In this document: in pieces, positions 9,708-19,920 of the stretch
Numbering within the stretch: the stretch's first letter is position 1
Layout of the letters: every line of letters begins with the position of its first letter
NCBI GenBank assembly: GCA_043747615.1
Contig: JAYTOU010000027.1
Coordinates: forward strand, 1-64,000
DNA from: Myxococcales bacterium
Lineage (GTDB): Bacteria; Myxococcota_A; Polyangia; Polyangiales; Polyangiaceae
Reading direction: 5' to 3'
Length of the DNA: 64,000 bases
Translations under genes and position numbers: made by a program
Notes under the pieces: model-generated
What the model saw: only the letters and a program-made list of their open reading frames with translations
Databases searched by the model: none
Told to the model about the DNA's origin: nothing

Positions 9708-11498
9708 ATGCCGAAGCCGAAAGCCCCCAAGAAAGCCCCGGTCGCCCCGAAATCGGCCCCGAAAGTAGCCGCGGACGAGGGCCCCGGTAGCGCCGACGAA
9801 GCGCAGCCGGTCAAGCCCGCGCGGCGTGCCACGGCCGAGACCATGGCTGGACGCCAGCGCGAAATTTCGGTCAGCGAGTTCTTCACGAAGAACCGCCATC
9901 TTCTCGGATTCGACAACCCGGCGAAGGCTCTCCTCACCACGATCAAAGAAGCCGTCGACAACAGCCTCGATGCCGCCGAGGAAGCGGGAATCCTCCCCGA
10001 GATCCTCGTCGAAGTTAAGGAGGTCTCCGATGGACGCTTCCGCGTCGCCATCGAGGACAACGGCCCCGGTATCGTCAAACCGCAGATCCCGAAGATCTTC
10101 GCGAAGCTCCTTTACGGCTCCAAGTTCCATCGGTTGAAGCAGTCGCGCGGCCAGCAGGGGATCGGCATCAGCGCGGCCGGGCTCTATGGTCAGCTCACCA
10201 CGGGCAAGCCCGTCACCATCATCTCCAAGACCGGAAAAGGGCGCCCCGCGTACCGTCTCGAGATCCGGATCGACAACAAGCGCAACCAGCCGGACGTGGT
10301 CAAAGACGAGACCGTCGAGTGGGAAAAAGATCACGGCACGCGCGTGGAGATCGAGCTCGTCGCCGCCTACCGTGGTGGTCGCACCGGTGTCGAGGCGTAC
10401 CTCGAGCAGACCATCGTCGCGAACCCGCACCTCGCGCTGACGTACGTGCCGCCCAAGGGAGACACGCTGAGCTATCCGCGCGTCTCGAACGAGCTTCCTC
10501 GGGAAGCCCAGGAGGTAAAGCCGCATCCCCACGGCGTCGAGCTCGGGATGCTCCTCAGCATGCTCCAAGACTCCGAGGGCAAGTCCGTCAAGCAAGTCTT
10601 GATGGACGATTTTTCTCGCGTGAGCGCCGCGATCGCCGATCAAATTTGCGTGATGGCGAAGGTCAAATCGAAAACGTCTGCGACGGCGATCATGGGCGAC
10701 GACGTCGACCGCCTCCACAAGGCGCTCGGCGAAGTAAAGGTCATGGCGCCTCTCGCCACGAGCGTGGTGCCCATCGGTGAGGCCTTGCTGATCGAGGGAC
10801 TCAAGCGCCGCTTCAAAGCCGAGTATTATTTTTCGTCCACGCGTCCACCGAGCGTGTACCGCGGCAATCCGTTCGTGGTCGAAGTCGGTTTGGCCTACGG
10901 AGGCGAGCTGCCGGCCGACGAGCCCGCGGAGATCATGCGCTTCGCCAACCGCGTGCCCCTGCAATACCAGCCGAAAGCGTGCGCGATCAGCGAGTCGGTT
11001 TACGACACGAACTGGCGCTCCTACGAGATCGCGCAACCCAAGGGTGGCTTGCCGGTCGCGCCGCTCGCCATCGTCGTGCACCTCGCCAGCGTGTGGGTCC
11101 CGTTCACGAGCGAAGCAAAAGAGGCCGTCGCGCACTACGACGATCTCCTGCGCGAGATGAAGCTCGCAGTGCAGGAGTGCGGGCGAAAGCTCGGCTCGCA
11201 CTTGCGCGCGCGCGGCAAGGCCGAGAGCGAGATGAAGCGCCTCGGTCTCTTTCAGCGCTACATCCCGGAGGTCTCGAATGCGATCGGGATCATCCTCTCC
11301 ACCCCGAAGGGCACGGTCGAAAAAGCGTTCAACGACGCATTGCCGAACTTCGTTCGCATGGGCGAAGACAAGTCGGAGGATAAGCCGCCGGTACCGTCGA
11401 TTCCGCCCGCCCCGCCGTCCGGATCAGACACCATTGCGCCGCCGGCGAAGAAGAAGACGAAGGCAAAGGCAAAGGCCGTGCAGCTCGATCTCATTTGA
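9708..11498 (+). CDS. top6B: DNA topoisomerase VI subunit B
   Basis: GHKL motifs [36 protein letters not shown]; transducer [19 protein letters not shown]. Confidence 0.95.
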   Translation: MPKPKAPKKAPVAPKSAPKVAADEGPGSADEAQPVKPARRATAETMAGRQREISVSEFFTKNRHLLGFDNPAKALLTTIKEAVDNSLDAAEEAGILPEILVEVKEVSDGRFRVAIEDNGPGIVKPQIPKIFAKLLYGSKFHRLKQSRGQQGIGISAAGLYGQLTTGKPVTIISKTGKGRPAYRLEIRIDNKRNQPDVVKDETVEWEKDHGTRVEIELVAAYRGGRTGVEAYLEQTIVANPHLALTYVPPKGDTLSYPRVSNELPREAQEVKPHPHGVELGMLLSMLQDSEGKSVKQVLMDDFSRVSAAIADQICVMAKVKSKTSATAIMGDDVDRLHKALGEVKVMAPLATSVVPIGEALLIEGLKRRFKAEYYFSSTRPPSVYRGNPFVVEVGLAYGGELPADEPAEIMRFANRVPLQYQPKACAISESVYDTNWRSYEIAQPKGGLPVAPLAIVVHLASVWVPFTSEAKEAVAHYDDLLREMKLAVQECGRKLGSHLRARGKAESEMKRLGLFQRYIPEVSNAIGIILSTPKGTVEKAFNDALPNFVRMGEDKSEDKPPVPSIPPAPPSGSDTIAPPAKKKTKAKAKAVQLDLI

Positions 11499-11513
11499 AA
11501 GAAGGTTTCTTGG

Positions 11514-12674
11514 ATGGCTGCAAAGAAGAAAGAGACCGGTCCGGTTCCCGAAAAGGGTTATCGCCCCCCGAGCCGAAAGGTCGCTGAGAAGGATGCAAGG
11601 ACGCTCGCGAAGATCGAGCGCTTAGCGCAGAACACCATGAAGGCCGTCTCCCGCGGGGCGAACCCGGCGATGGAGATCCGCACGAGGTCGCTCTCGAACG
11701 TATCTTTCAACGAGAAAAAGCGGATCATCGAGCTCGGGGACAAGACTCAGTCGCGTGAATTTTTCAACGTCAACATGGCGCGAAAATTCATGCAGATGTT
11801 CCTGGTCGCGAACGGCTGCAAGACGCTGATTCAGCAGAACAAGACCATCAGCATTCGTCAGATGTATTACATGACGAAGCACACGCTCAAAGGAACTACC
11901 GAGAACACGTTCGAAGATCAGAACGAGAGCGATCCGATCATCGAAGATCTCGAAGTGGGGATTGATGCCCTCCGCGAGGAGCTGCACCTCTTTGCAAAGC
12001 GGCGCGGGTCGATGGTCGGACACCTCGTCGTGAACGACGCCGGCGACGAAATCGATCTCACGAAGATGGGCCGCGGCGGCTGGACCATCCCCAGTATCTG
12101 CGAAGAGGACGAGCTCAAATTCGTGCGGACCAAGGCCGAATTCGTGCTCCTGGTGGAGAAAGACGCCATCTTCCATCGCCTCAATGAGGATCGCTTTTGG
12201 GAGAAGTACAAGTGCATCCTCCTCGACTCGGGCGGGCAAGCGACGCGAGGGATCCGTCGCCTCATGCAGCGCATGGCGAGTGAGCTGAAGATTCCCATTT
12301 ACGTATTGGTCGATAACGACCCCTGGGGGCTCTACATCTATTCGGTGCTCAAGCAGGGTTCGATTAGCTTGGCATACGAATCGATGCGCATGGCAGTCCC
12401 GAACGTTCGCTTCTTGGGAATGAGCTCATTCGATTACAAGAAGTTTGCGCTCCCGCCCGCAGCCGAGATCAAGCTCTCGAAGGAAGACATCGCTCGAGCC
12501 GAGCAGATGAAGGCCTACCCGTGGTTCAAAGAAAAGAAGTGGCAGCACGAGCTGGGCGCTCTCTTGAACAACGGATTCAAGATGGAGCTCGACGCCCTCC
12601 TCACCAAAGGCATCTCTTTCATTACAGAGGAATACATCCCCAAGAAGCTGAAAGATAAAGACTTCCTGCAGTGA
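11514..12674 (+). CDS. top6A: DNA topoisomerase VI subunit A (Spo11-like)
   Basis: IRQMYY (catalytic Tyr region), FEDQNESD, LLVEKDAIF, VDNDPWG TOPRIM DxD, KMELDAL. Confidence 0.95.
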   Translation: MAAKKKETGPVPEKGYRPPSRKVAEKDARTLAKIERLAQNTMKAVSRGANPAMEIRTRSLSNVSFNEKKRIIELGDKTQSREFFNVNMARKFMQMFLVANGCKTLIQQNKTISIRQMYYMTKHTLKGTTENTFEDQNESDPIIEDLEVGIDALREELHLFAKRRGSMVGHLVVNDAGDEIDLTKMGRGGWTIPSICEEDELKFVRTKAEFVLLVEKDAIFHRLNEDRFWEKYKCILLDSGGQATRGIRRLMQRMASELKIPIYVLVDNDPWGLYIYSVLKQGSISLAYESMRMAVPNVRFLGMSSFDYKKFALPPAAEIKLSKEDIARAEQMKAYPWFKEKKWQHELGALLNNGFKMELDALLTKGISFITEEYIPKKLKDKDFLQ

Positions 12675-12751
12675 GGAAGGAACCCGCGCGTGCTGCTGTA
12701 ACGGACGCGTTTGAGACGTGCGCTTTTGCAGCAATATCGTTCACTGCGCCC

Positions 12752-13972
12752 ATGCAGAGTGGCAAGCTTCGCGTCGCATCCGTTTTTTCTGTCTCCGCGC
12801 TCATCGCCTGCGGTGGCGGAAAGCCCAATACCGGTTTCGAGGCTGACTCTCCGGCCGGCTCCGATGGCGGCGCGGTGAGCGGCAGCGACCCCAGCAACCC
12901 TGGGCCGGCCGTGGGATCCAACGATGGCGGCGCCACTGCCACGGCGGTCTGCGCCCCGAACGTCGGCAACTACGAAGTTCCGATGAACGGCTGCGACGAC
13001 GACGCCGATGGGAAGATCGACAACGTTCCCGTCTGCGATCACGGCGTCGCTCTCACCGGAAGCGCCGATGACTTCGCGAAGGCGCTAGGAGTCTGCCAGA
13101 AGGCCACCGGCGCCTCGGACCCGAAGTGGGGCGTCGTCTCCGCGGCCTACACCCAAGGTTACCATCAACCCGCGGCTCCGGCAGACGGACAGCACGGCAT
13201 CATGGGCAAGTTCGGCAACGTCGTGAAGCCGCGCGAAGGCGAGATGCTCGGCGCCCTCAGCAGCGGCTGGGCACGAGAGTTCGACGACATGAGCAGCACG
13301 AGCACCCCCTTCAAGGGCGGCACGGCCATGACGGACGCCGGCGCCGTGCCGCCCGGCTTTCCGAAGGCCGCGGGCACGTGCATCATCGACAGCAACGTGA
13401 AAGACGTTGCGGCGCTCAAGCTGCAGATCAAGGTCCCCAAGAACGCCAAGGGCATTTCGTTCGACTTCAACTTTCACTCGGGCGAGTGGCCGGAATTCGT
13501 CTGCACCAAGTATAACGACGCGTTCATCGCGTACCTCACGTCGTCCGCGCTCACCGGCGGAAAACCAGACAACATCTCGTTCGACGCCATGGGCAACACC
13601 GTCAGCGTGAACAACGGCTTCTTCGATCGCTGCACTCCGAACGCGAAGACTGCCTGCAACGGCGGCCCCTTCGGCGGCTCGATCACGGCGGCCTGCGCCG
13701 GCGGCGAATCCGAGCTTGGCGGCACGGGCTTCGAGGACAAGGGCGTCTACTGCGGCCTGAACCTCATCACTGGCACTGGGCCTACGACGACGGGCGGCGG
13801 TGCCACCGGGTGGCTGACTTCCAAAGCTCCCGTGACCCCAGGTGAGCTCATCACCATCGAGTTCATGATCTGGGACACCGGCGACACCGCCTTCGACTCC
13901 TCCGTCCTCATCGATCACCTGACCTGGGAGCCCACCGCTACGGTTACGGGCACCGGTCGTCCCCCACAGTAA
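12752..13972 (+). CDS. Cys-containing lipoprotein with choice-of-anchor-L-like domain
   Basis: Lipobox LIAC; NGCDDDADGKID repeat; FDFNFHSGEWPEFVCTKYNDAF and GGATGWL...IWDTGDTAFDSSVLID motifs. Start moved to ATG 12752. Confidence 0.75.
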   Translation: MQSGKLRVASVFSVSALIACGGGKPNTGFEADSPAGSDGGAVSGSDPSNPGPAVGSNDGGATATAVCAPNVGNYEVPMNGCDDDADGKIDNVPVCDHGVALTGSADDFAKALGVCQKATGASDPKWGVVSAAYTQGYHQPAAPADGQHGIMGKFGNVVKPREGEMLGALSSGWAREFDDMSSTSTPFKGGTAMTDAGAVPPGFPKAAGTCIIDSNVKDVAALKLQIKVPKNAKGISFDFNFHSGEWPEFVCTKYNDAFIAYLTSSALTGGKPDNISFDAMGNTVSVNNGFFDRCTPNAKTACNGGPFGGSITAACAGGESELGGTGFEDKGVYCGLNLITGTGPTTTGGGATGWLTSKAPVTPGELITIEFMIWDTGDTAFDSSVLIDHLTWEPTATVTGTGRPPQ

Positions 13973-13981
13973 AGCGGCCAA

Positions 13982-15373
13982 ATGCCCTTCGAAAAAATTC
14001 TCGTGGCGAACCGCGGCGAGATCGCCCGGCGCGTCATTCGAACGTGCAAACGCCTGGGCGTGAAGACCGTCGCCATTTATTCCGAAGCAGACAAGGCAGC
14101 GCCGCACGTCTCCGAGGCGGATGAGTCGGTGTGCGTTGGACCGGCTGCTGCGAAGGAGTCGTACCTGAACGTGGAGGCAATTCTCGCGGCGGTCGAGCAG
14201 ACGGGAGCGCGAGCCGTGCATCCCGGGTACGGCTTCCTGAGCGAGAAATCAGGCTTTGCGCGCGCGGTCCTCGCAAAGGGAGTCGTGTTCGTTGGGCCTC
14301 CGCCCGATGTCCTGGATGCGCTCGGCGACAAGATAAAAGCACGCAGCGTTGCGCTCGCCGTGGACGTGCAGCCGGTCCCCGGTACGAACGAGCCGATCGC
14401 GATCGACACCGCGGAGGGGGTCGCACACGCTCGCGGCGTCGCGGCATCGGTCGGCTACCCGGTGGTGGTGAAGGCGGTCGGCGGCGGCGGCGGCATCGGA
14501 ATGCAAGTCGTGCGCGACGAGAGCGGCATCGAGCGCGCGCTCAAGAGCTGCTCGGATCGCGGAAGGGCATCGTTCTCGGACCCGCGCGTATTTCTCGAGC
14601 GGTACGTTGCCGAGCCCAGGCACATCGAGGTGCAAATTTTTTGCGACGCCCACGGTCACGCGTACGCGCTCGGTGAGCGCGAGTGCAGCCTGCAGCGGCG
14701 GCACCAGAAGATCATGGAGGAGTCCCCCTCACCCGCGTCGTTTTTTGCGGGCAGCGCGGGACACGCTAAGAAACAAGCGCTTTTCGCCGCTGCCCTGCGG
14801 ATCGTGAAGAGCGTCGGCTACGTCGGCGCGGGGACGTGCGAGTTCATCGCCGACGCCGCGGGCGAGCTCTTTTTCTTGGAGGTGAACGCGCGCCTCCAGG
14901 TCGAGCACCCCGTGACGGAGATGGTCACCGGTCTTGATCTCGTCGAGCTGCAGCTGCGGGTCGCGGCCGGCGAGGTCCTTGCGGATCTGAGCGCTCCGCC
15001 GCGTGGCCACGCCATCGAGGCCAGAGTTTACGCCGAGGATCCGAGCAAGGGCTTCATCCCCAAGCCGGGCTCGATCGACGAGCTGGTGTGGGGAGGCGGG
15101 GGCGGGGAGTCGCAGACCACGGCCCTCCGCATCGAATCTGGCGTCCGCGCAGGCAGCGTCGTGACTCCCTATTACGATCCGATGGTCGCCAAAGTCGTAG
15201 TCTGGAACGAGACCCGCGCCGGGGCCATCGCCGAGCTCGATCGCGTCCTTGCCGCGACGACGATAGCGCCCTGCGTGACCAACCTGGCCTTCCTCCGAAA
15301 AGCGCTGGCGAGCCCCGAGTTCAGCGGCGGACGCTACGACACCGCGTTCGCCGAAGTGCTCGCAAAGCGCTAG
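13982..15373 (+). CDS. Biotin carboxylase subunit of an acyl-CoA carboxylase (no BCCP domain)
   Basis: ANRGEIA, HPGYGFLSE, GGGGIGM, ERECSLQRRHQK, FLEVNARLQVEHPVTE, YYDPMVAK; no biotinyl MKM motif. Confidence 0.93.
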   Translation: MPFEKILVANRGEIARRVIRTCKRLGVKTVAIYSEADKAAPHVSEADESVCVGPAAAKESYLNVEAILAAVEQTGARAVHPGYGFLSEKSGFARAVLAKGVVFVGPPPDVLDALGDKIKARSVALAVDVQPVPGTNEPIAIDTAEGVAHARGVAASVGYPVVVKAVGGGGGIGMQVVRDESGIERALKSCSDRGRASFSDPRVFLERYVAEPRHIEVQIFCDAHGHAYALGERECSLQRRHQKIMEESPSPASFFAGSAGHAKKQALFAAALRIVKSVGYVGAGTCEFIADAAGELFFLEVNARLQVEHPVTEMVTGLDLVELQLRVAAGEVLADLSAPPRGHAIEARVYAEDPSKGFIPKPGSIDELVWGGGGGESQTTALRIESGVRAGSVVTPYYDPMVAKVVVWNETRAGAIAELDRVLAATTIAPCVTNLAFLRKALASPEFSGGRYDTAFAEVLAKR

Positions 15374-15379
15374 CCAGAG

Positions 15380-16720
15380 CTACTCTTGGTCGAACGGGAC
15401 GACGGTGGCCGCGGCTAGATTCGGAATTGCCTTCTTCACCGACTCGAAGATCTCCGACGCGGTGCCCACGACGACGATCACCAGATCGTCTTTGTTCAGT
15501 CGGTGGCGAATCGATGCGCTCGTCGACTCCGGGGTCACGGCGTCGACGTGCTTCGTGTACGCGGAGTAGTAGTCTGCGGGGAGCGAGAGAAGATCGATGT
15601 CGAGGAGCTGGTGCATCCGCTTCGTCGCCGTGTCGATCTCGAACGCGTACGATCGCGTGAGGTAGCGTTTGATGAACGACGCCTCCTTCGGCGTAACCCC
15701 GCTGGCGATGAACTTCTCTAGGAGATCGAGCTCGACGCCGATGCACGCCGCGGCGTCCGTCGCTGCAGGGTGGGTCCACATGTTGAACGCATGGCGATGG
15801 CGATCGACCGACAAGCGCGACGAGACGCCGTATGACCATCCGCGCTTTGAGCGAATTTCCCGCGTCAAACGGGACGTAAACGTTCCGCCGAAGACGGCGT
15901 TGGCCACGCTGAGGGAGATGTGATCTTCGTCGTGCGGCGAGGTGCCGAGCGAGCCGATGAGGACTTGGGTCTGGGTGCGCTCGGGCTTGTCGACGAAGAC
16001 CAGGTGCCTCCCAACGAGCGCGGTGGGCTCGCTGACGGGATCCTTCGCCTTCGCCCCCTCGGGGAGGTTTTTGAGGATCCGCGCTGTGAAGGACTCGGCC
16101 TTCTCGCGCGACACGTCCCCCGCGAAACCGACGAGCGCATTTCCGCGGACAAAATGCTGAGCATAGCTCGCGCGGGCGTCACTCGAGGTGAGGCCCAGGA
16201 CGCTTGCAGTCGTTCCCCCCGTCGCGCGGCCGTAGAGATGTCCGCCGAAGAGGGTGCGTCGAAATGCCCGCTGCGCGAGCGCGCGATCACTGTCCCGAAC
16301 CTCGAGGAGCTCAGCGACGGTCTCGCGTTGAAGGCGCCCGAATTCGTCCTCCGGAAATTCCGGAGACTCGATGAGGCGCGCCATGAGATCGACGAAGGGC
16401 TCGAGGTTGCGGCCGATCACCTGGCCGTAAACGACCGCGGAGGAGGTGCTGGCGTCGATGGAGATTTCGCCTCCCAGACGATCGAGGGTGTCCTCGATGT
16501 GCGCGGCGGTCATCCCCTTGCACCCTCGGCGGAGCATGCGAAGGGCGAAGCGCAGAACGCCCTCTTTTCCAAGGGGATCGTGGGCAGATCCCGCCGACAG
16601 AGCGACGACGATCGAAACGATCGGAACGGCGTGCGATTCCTCGACGAGGAGAGTAGTTCCGGCCCCGACCACTACGCGATGCGAGAGCGACTCGATCGGC
16701 TTCTTCTTCTGCGTACTCAT
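15380..16720 (-). CDS. M16 (pitrilysin-family) peptidase, non-catalytic subunit
   Basis: M16 motifs (GGTFTSRLTREIRSKRGWSY) but no HxxEH; ATG 16720 overlaps the upstream stop (ATGA). Confidence 0.88.
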   Translation of the reverse strand: MSTQKKKPIESLSHRVVVGAGTTLLVEESHAVPIVSIVVALSAGSAHDPLGKEGVLRFALRMLRRGCKGMTAAHIEDTLDRLGGEISIDASTSSAVVYGQVIGRNLEPFVDLMARLIESPEFPEDEFGRLQRETVAELLEVRDSDRALAQRAFRRTLFGGHLYGRATGGTTASVLGLTSSDARASYAQHFVRGNALVGFAGDVSREKAESFTARILKNLPEGAKAKDPVSEPTALVGRHLVFVDKPERTQTQVLIGSLGTSPHDEDHISLSVANAVFGGTFTSRLTREIRSKRGWSYGVSSRLSVDRHRHAFNMWTHPAATDAAACIGVELDLLEKFIASGVTPKEASFIKRYLTRSYAFEIDTATKRMHQLLDIDLLSLPADYYSAYTKHVDAVTPESTSASIRHRLNKDDLVIVVVGTASEIFESVKKAIPNLAAATVVPFDQE

Positions 16721-18033
16721 TCTGCGGCCGCTTCTTTCGCCGTTTCGGGAAGCACGCGGATGACCGTGCGCGACTCCGCGACGAGGTACCGCCTCGCCAC
16801 CCGTCGGAGATCCCCCGCCGTGGCCCGCCGGTAGTCGTCGAGGCGGCGGAATGCGCCCGCAGGATCGCCGAGGACCGTCTCGTAGAAGCCCATCTGTTCG
16901 GCTTTTCCGCTCATCGTCTCGAGCGACTGAAGGAGCGAAAGCTCGAGCCGCGCCTGGGCACGTGCGAGCTCGTCGTTCGTGACCACCTCGGTGCGGGCCC
17001 GCTCGAGCTCGCGAAAGACGACGTGCTCGATGTCCTTGGTCGTTTTCCCGGCCCGCGCCGTGACGAAAATTTCGTAGAGCCCGGGATCGCGAAACGTCGA
17101 CACCCAACCACGGAGATCGGTGGCGATCTCCTCGTCGATCATAAGCGCGCGATGCACCCGCGATGCGCGACCGCCGAAGAGCACCTCGTTGAGCACAGCG
17201 AGAGCTGCATGATCGGCGTCTCCGAGAGCGGGGCCGCGGTAACCGACGTAATATTTTTCGGTCGCTGTGGGCTGGACGATCGTCTCCTCACGCGCGACGA
17301 CCTGCGGCGGCTCCGGATACGTGTCTTCAACCGGGATTTCCCCCCGCGGAATGGATCCGTACGCGTCGCGAATTTTGGTGAGCGCGTCCTTGTCTCGCAC
17401 GCTTCCGACGATGACCAACGTCGCGTTGTTAGGCGTGTAGTACGTCTTGTAGAAAGCGGCGCAGTCTTCGGGGGTGAACGCCTGGATGTCCTTCATCCAG
17501 CCGATGGTGGGCCAGTGGTACGGATGCGTGGTGAACGCCGTCTTGTAGAGGAGCTCGTTTGCCGTTCCCTCCACGTCGTCGTCCACGCGGAAGCGGCGCT
17601 CGTTTGCGACCACCTCTTTCTCGCTCGCCACTTGCGGCTCGCGCAGGACGAGGTGGGCCATGCGACCGCTCTCGAGCTTCACGACGAGCGGGAAGCTCGC
17701 AGAGGGAATGGACTCGTAATAATATGTCCAGTCTACCCAGGTCGCCGCGTTGGTCTCGCCGCCGGCTTCTTCCATCCGACGGTCGAATTCGCCCGCTTTG
17801 AGCGCGCCCGACTCATTGAACATCAAATGCTCGAAGAGGTGCGCGAGCCCTGTTTTGCCCGTTTTTTCGTGGCGCGAGCCAACGCTGAACCACGTGTAGT
17901 AGCTGACCACGGGCGCGCTCTTGTCCACGAGGAGAAGAATCTTGAGCCCGTTGTCGAGGTGGTAGCGCTGAACCTCGTCTGCTCCGAAGTGAACGATTCC
18001 GTCGAACGTTACACCGTCTATTTGGTCTCGCAT
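16717..18033 (-). CDS. M16 zinc peptidase, catalytic subunit
   Basis: VGSRHE..GKTGLAHLFEHLMF (HxxEH), NAAT, EKEVVANER, HPYHWPTIGW. Confidence 0.93.
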   Translation of the reverse strand: MRDQIDGVTFDGIVHFGADEVQRYHLDNGLKILLLVDKSAPVVSYYTWFSVGSRHEKTGKTGLAHLFEHLMFNESGALKAGEFDRRMEEAGGETNAATWVDWTYYYESIPSASFPLVVKLESGRMAHLVLREPQVASEKEVVANERRFRVDDDVEGTANELLYKTAFTTHPYHWPTIGWMKDIQAFTPEDCAAFYKTYYTPNNATLVIVGSVRDKDALTKIRDAYGSIPRGEIPVEDTYPEPPQVVAREETIVQPTATEKYYVGYRGPALGDADHAALAVLNEVLFGGRASRVHRALMIDEEIATDLRGWVSTFRDPGLYEIFVTARAGKTTKDIEHVVFRELERARTEVVTNDELARAQARLELSLLQSLETMSGKAEQMGFYETVLGDPAGAFRRLDDYRRATAGDLRRVARRYLVAESRTVIRVLPETAKEAAAE

Positions 18034-18034
18034 C

Positions 18035-19882
18035 TCACCATTCTCTTAGGTCCAGCACCTGGAGGGCTCCGCCCTTCCAGATCCACGCGTGCGGGCCGCA
18101 CATAGCTACGATGCCCGAGTCATTGGTTCCGCTTCGACTGCCTGCCGTTCCGACCCGCGCGAGCTTCGCGGCGTCGCGCGAGCCCTTCACGGTGTAGAAC
18201 GCAGGCTCGCCCGAACCGACGACGATGATGCCGCCCTCGCTCGCGAGCACTGCTCCGCCGTCATACCCGCGCACCTGGTGGGTCGCTCGGGGGACGTTGT
18301 CCGCGGTCAGGAACGCCTCCTGGCGGCGATCCCAGATCACGGGGCGCGGAGGGCCATCTTCGATGCGCCACACCCGGCCATCGCGAGCGAGCACGATGGC
18401 GATGCCCCGCCAAATATCGAGGTCGGCGAGGACAGTATCGATGACCTGCTCCTCGCGGATCGGCAGCCACACTTGGCCATTGAAGCGCGCGACGGCGCCG
18501 AGGTGATCGCCGCATACCAACATCGCCACTTCACGCTTGCTCGCCCAGAGCGAGACGACGTTCTCTGCCGGATCGAGGGCTGCATCGGGGACGAACGGGA
18601 CGAACTTGTGTCCATCGAACTCGAGGAGCGCGCCCGCGCCCCACACGAGAACGCGATCGCCGCCGCCACCGATGCCGAACCACCACGCCCGCCCGCGCGT
18701 CGTACGATGCAGAGGGAAAGGCTTGGCATTTCCACCCGCGAAGCGCACCGCGTTGCCGGCGTGTGAGAGGCCCCACAGCGTGCCGTCGCTCGTCACGTAC
18801 AGATCGTTCAGCGGCTCGTCGACAGCGTGAGCCTCGCGAATCGCTCCCTTCACCACGTGGAGGATGAGACTCGGCGACGTGAGGCTCGTAGAGCTCGTCC
18901 GTCCGAGCAGGTAGAAGTCTTCGGCGGAGCCGCCGCTGGCTGCTCGAAAGGTGTGCCTCGACGCCGGCATCGTCGAGACGTCGATTACGCCGCGCAAGAT
19001 CAGCTGCGGCTCGCGCGGGGCCTTACGAAGATCGCGTACTTGATCCGCGTGCGTCGGATGCCGCTGCGTGTCCCCGAAAAAATTTTCGTCGCGGAAAGAA
19101 CGTAGCCAGCGAAAGACATCTTCGGCCTCGAGGACGAAGATCCCCGTGCGAAGCGAGCAAGCCACCGTGAACTCGTCGAGGTTGAGCGTGAGCGAGGCCT
19201 TGCCGCTCGAGTCGAAGATGCGGTCCACTTTTCCGCGGATCTCGTGCGTTCGCGCCGGACCGAGGAGCTCTTCGATCGCCGCCGAATCGCCGGTCTCCAG
19301 GCGCCCGACGATGGGATCTTCGAAGGTGAATCCGAGCTGGCTGAGGAGCTTGCGCAGGCCCTGTGGAATGGTCGCGGAGCGTTCGATCTCCACCTCGAAG
19401 TCGTCTGCGACGCCGTCGAGCCACTCGGCAAAGTGCGCTGCGCGGTGCTTGACGATGCTGTCCTTCCACTCGACGATTCCGAGCTCGCCGTCTTCGTCGC
19501 CCGACGACATGTCGAAGCACATCAGGCGGTCGCCGATCTTACAGAAGGGAACGTAGCGCCCGGTGTATCCAGATTGCTTGAGCGGACCTTCGAGGGCTGC
19601 TTTCATCTCGACCGCGTTGAGGAGATGGTGAGGCTCGCCGATCGATCCCGACGCGCGCATGGCAGCGCTGTAGCTCGGCGGAACAACAGCATTGAGAAGC
19701 GCCCCACGGGCCACGAGCTCGCGCATCGTCACGGGCGCGCCCATTCGTTCGAGGTGCCCGGTGCGCGTGAACACCGTGCGTACCCTTTCGACCGCCGCGA
19801 GCGCGAGCCGCGTGGGGTCCACCGTCGAGCGAACCTTCCGGGTCGATGTGCGCTTCTTGGCAGTCTTACGCGGCGTCGTCAT
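18035..19882 (-). CDS. SMI1/KNR4 (SUKH)-like N-terminal domain fused to a beta-propeller-like C-terminal region
   Basis: VPPSY...YVPF...LMCFD..S.DEDGELGIVEW...AAHFAEWL fits SUKH. C-terminal short beta repeats (DGTLWG, FDGHKF, FNGQVW, RDGRVW). Start moved to ATG 19882. Confidence 0.65.
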   Translation of the reverse strand: MTTPRKTAKKRTSTRKVRSTVDPTRLALAAVERVRTVFTRTGHLERMGAPVTMRELVARGALLNAVVPPSYSAAMRASGSIGEPHHLLNAVEMKAALEGPLKQSGYTGRYVPFCKIGDRLMCFDMSSGDEDGELGIVEWKDSIVKHRAAHFAEWLDGVADDFEVEIERSATIPQGLRKLLSQLGFTFEDPIVGRLETGDSAAIEELLGPARTHEIRGKVDRIFDSSGKASLTLNLDEFTVACSLRTGIFVLEAEDVFRWLRSFRDENFFGDTQRHPTHADQVRDLRKAPREPQLILRGVIDVSTMPASRHTFRAASGGSAEDFYLLGRTSSTSLTSPSLILHVVKGAIREAHAVDEPLNDLYVTSDGTLWGLSHAGNAVRFAGGNAKPFPLHRTTRGRAWWFGIGGGGDRVLVWGAGALLEFDGHKFVPFVPDAALDPAENVVSLWASKREVAMLVCGDHLGAVARFNGQVWLPIREEQVIDTVLADLDIWRGIAIVLARDGRVWRIEDGPPRPVIWDRRQEAFLTADNVPRATHQVRGYDGGAVLASEGGIIVVGSGEPAFYTVKGSRDAAKLARVGTAGSRSGTNDSGIVAMCGPHAWIWKGGALQVLDLREW

Positions 19883-19920
19883 CGGATCGAGAGGGCACTC
19901 GAGAGTATCAGCGCGGCACG

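Noticed and set aside
9602..10078. N-terminal extension of ORF 8429..10078
   Set aside because: Antisense to top6B; the domain signal begins at ATG 9601.
9708..12674. Topo VIII or Wadjet JetD interpretation
   Set aside because: Separate full-length B and A subunits with Topo VI motifs; no jetABC or mobile context.
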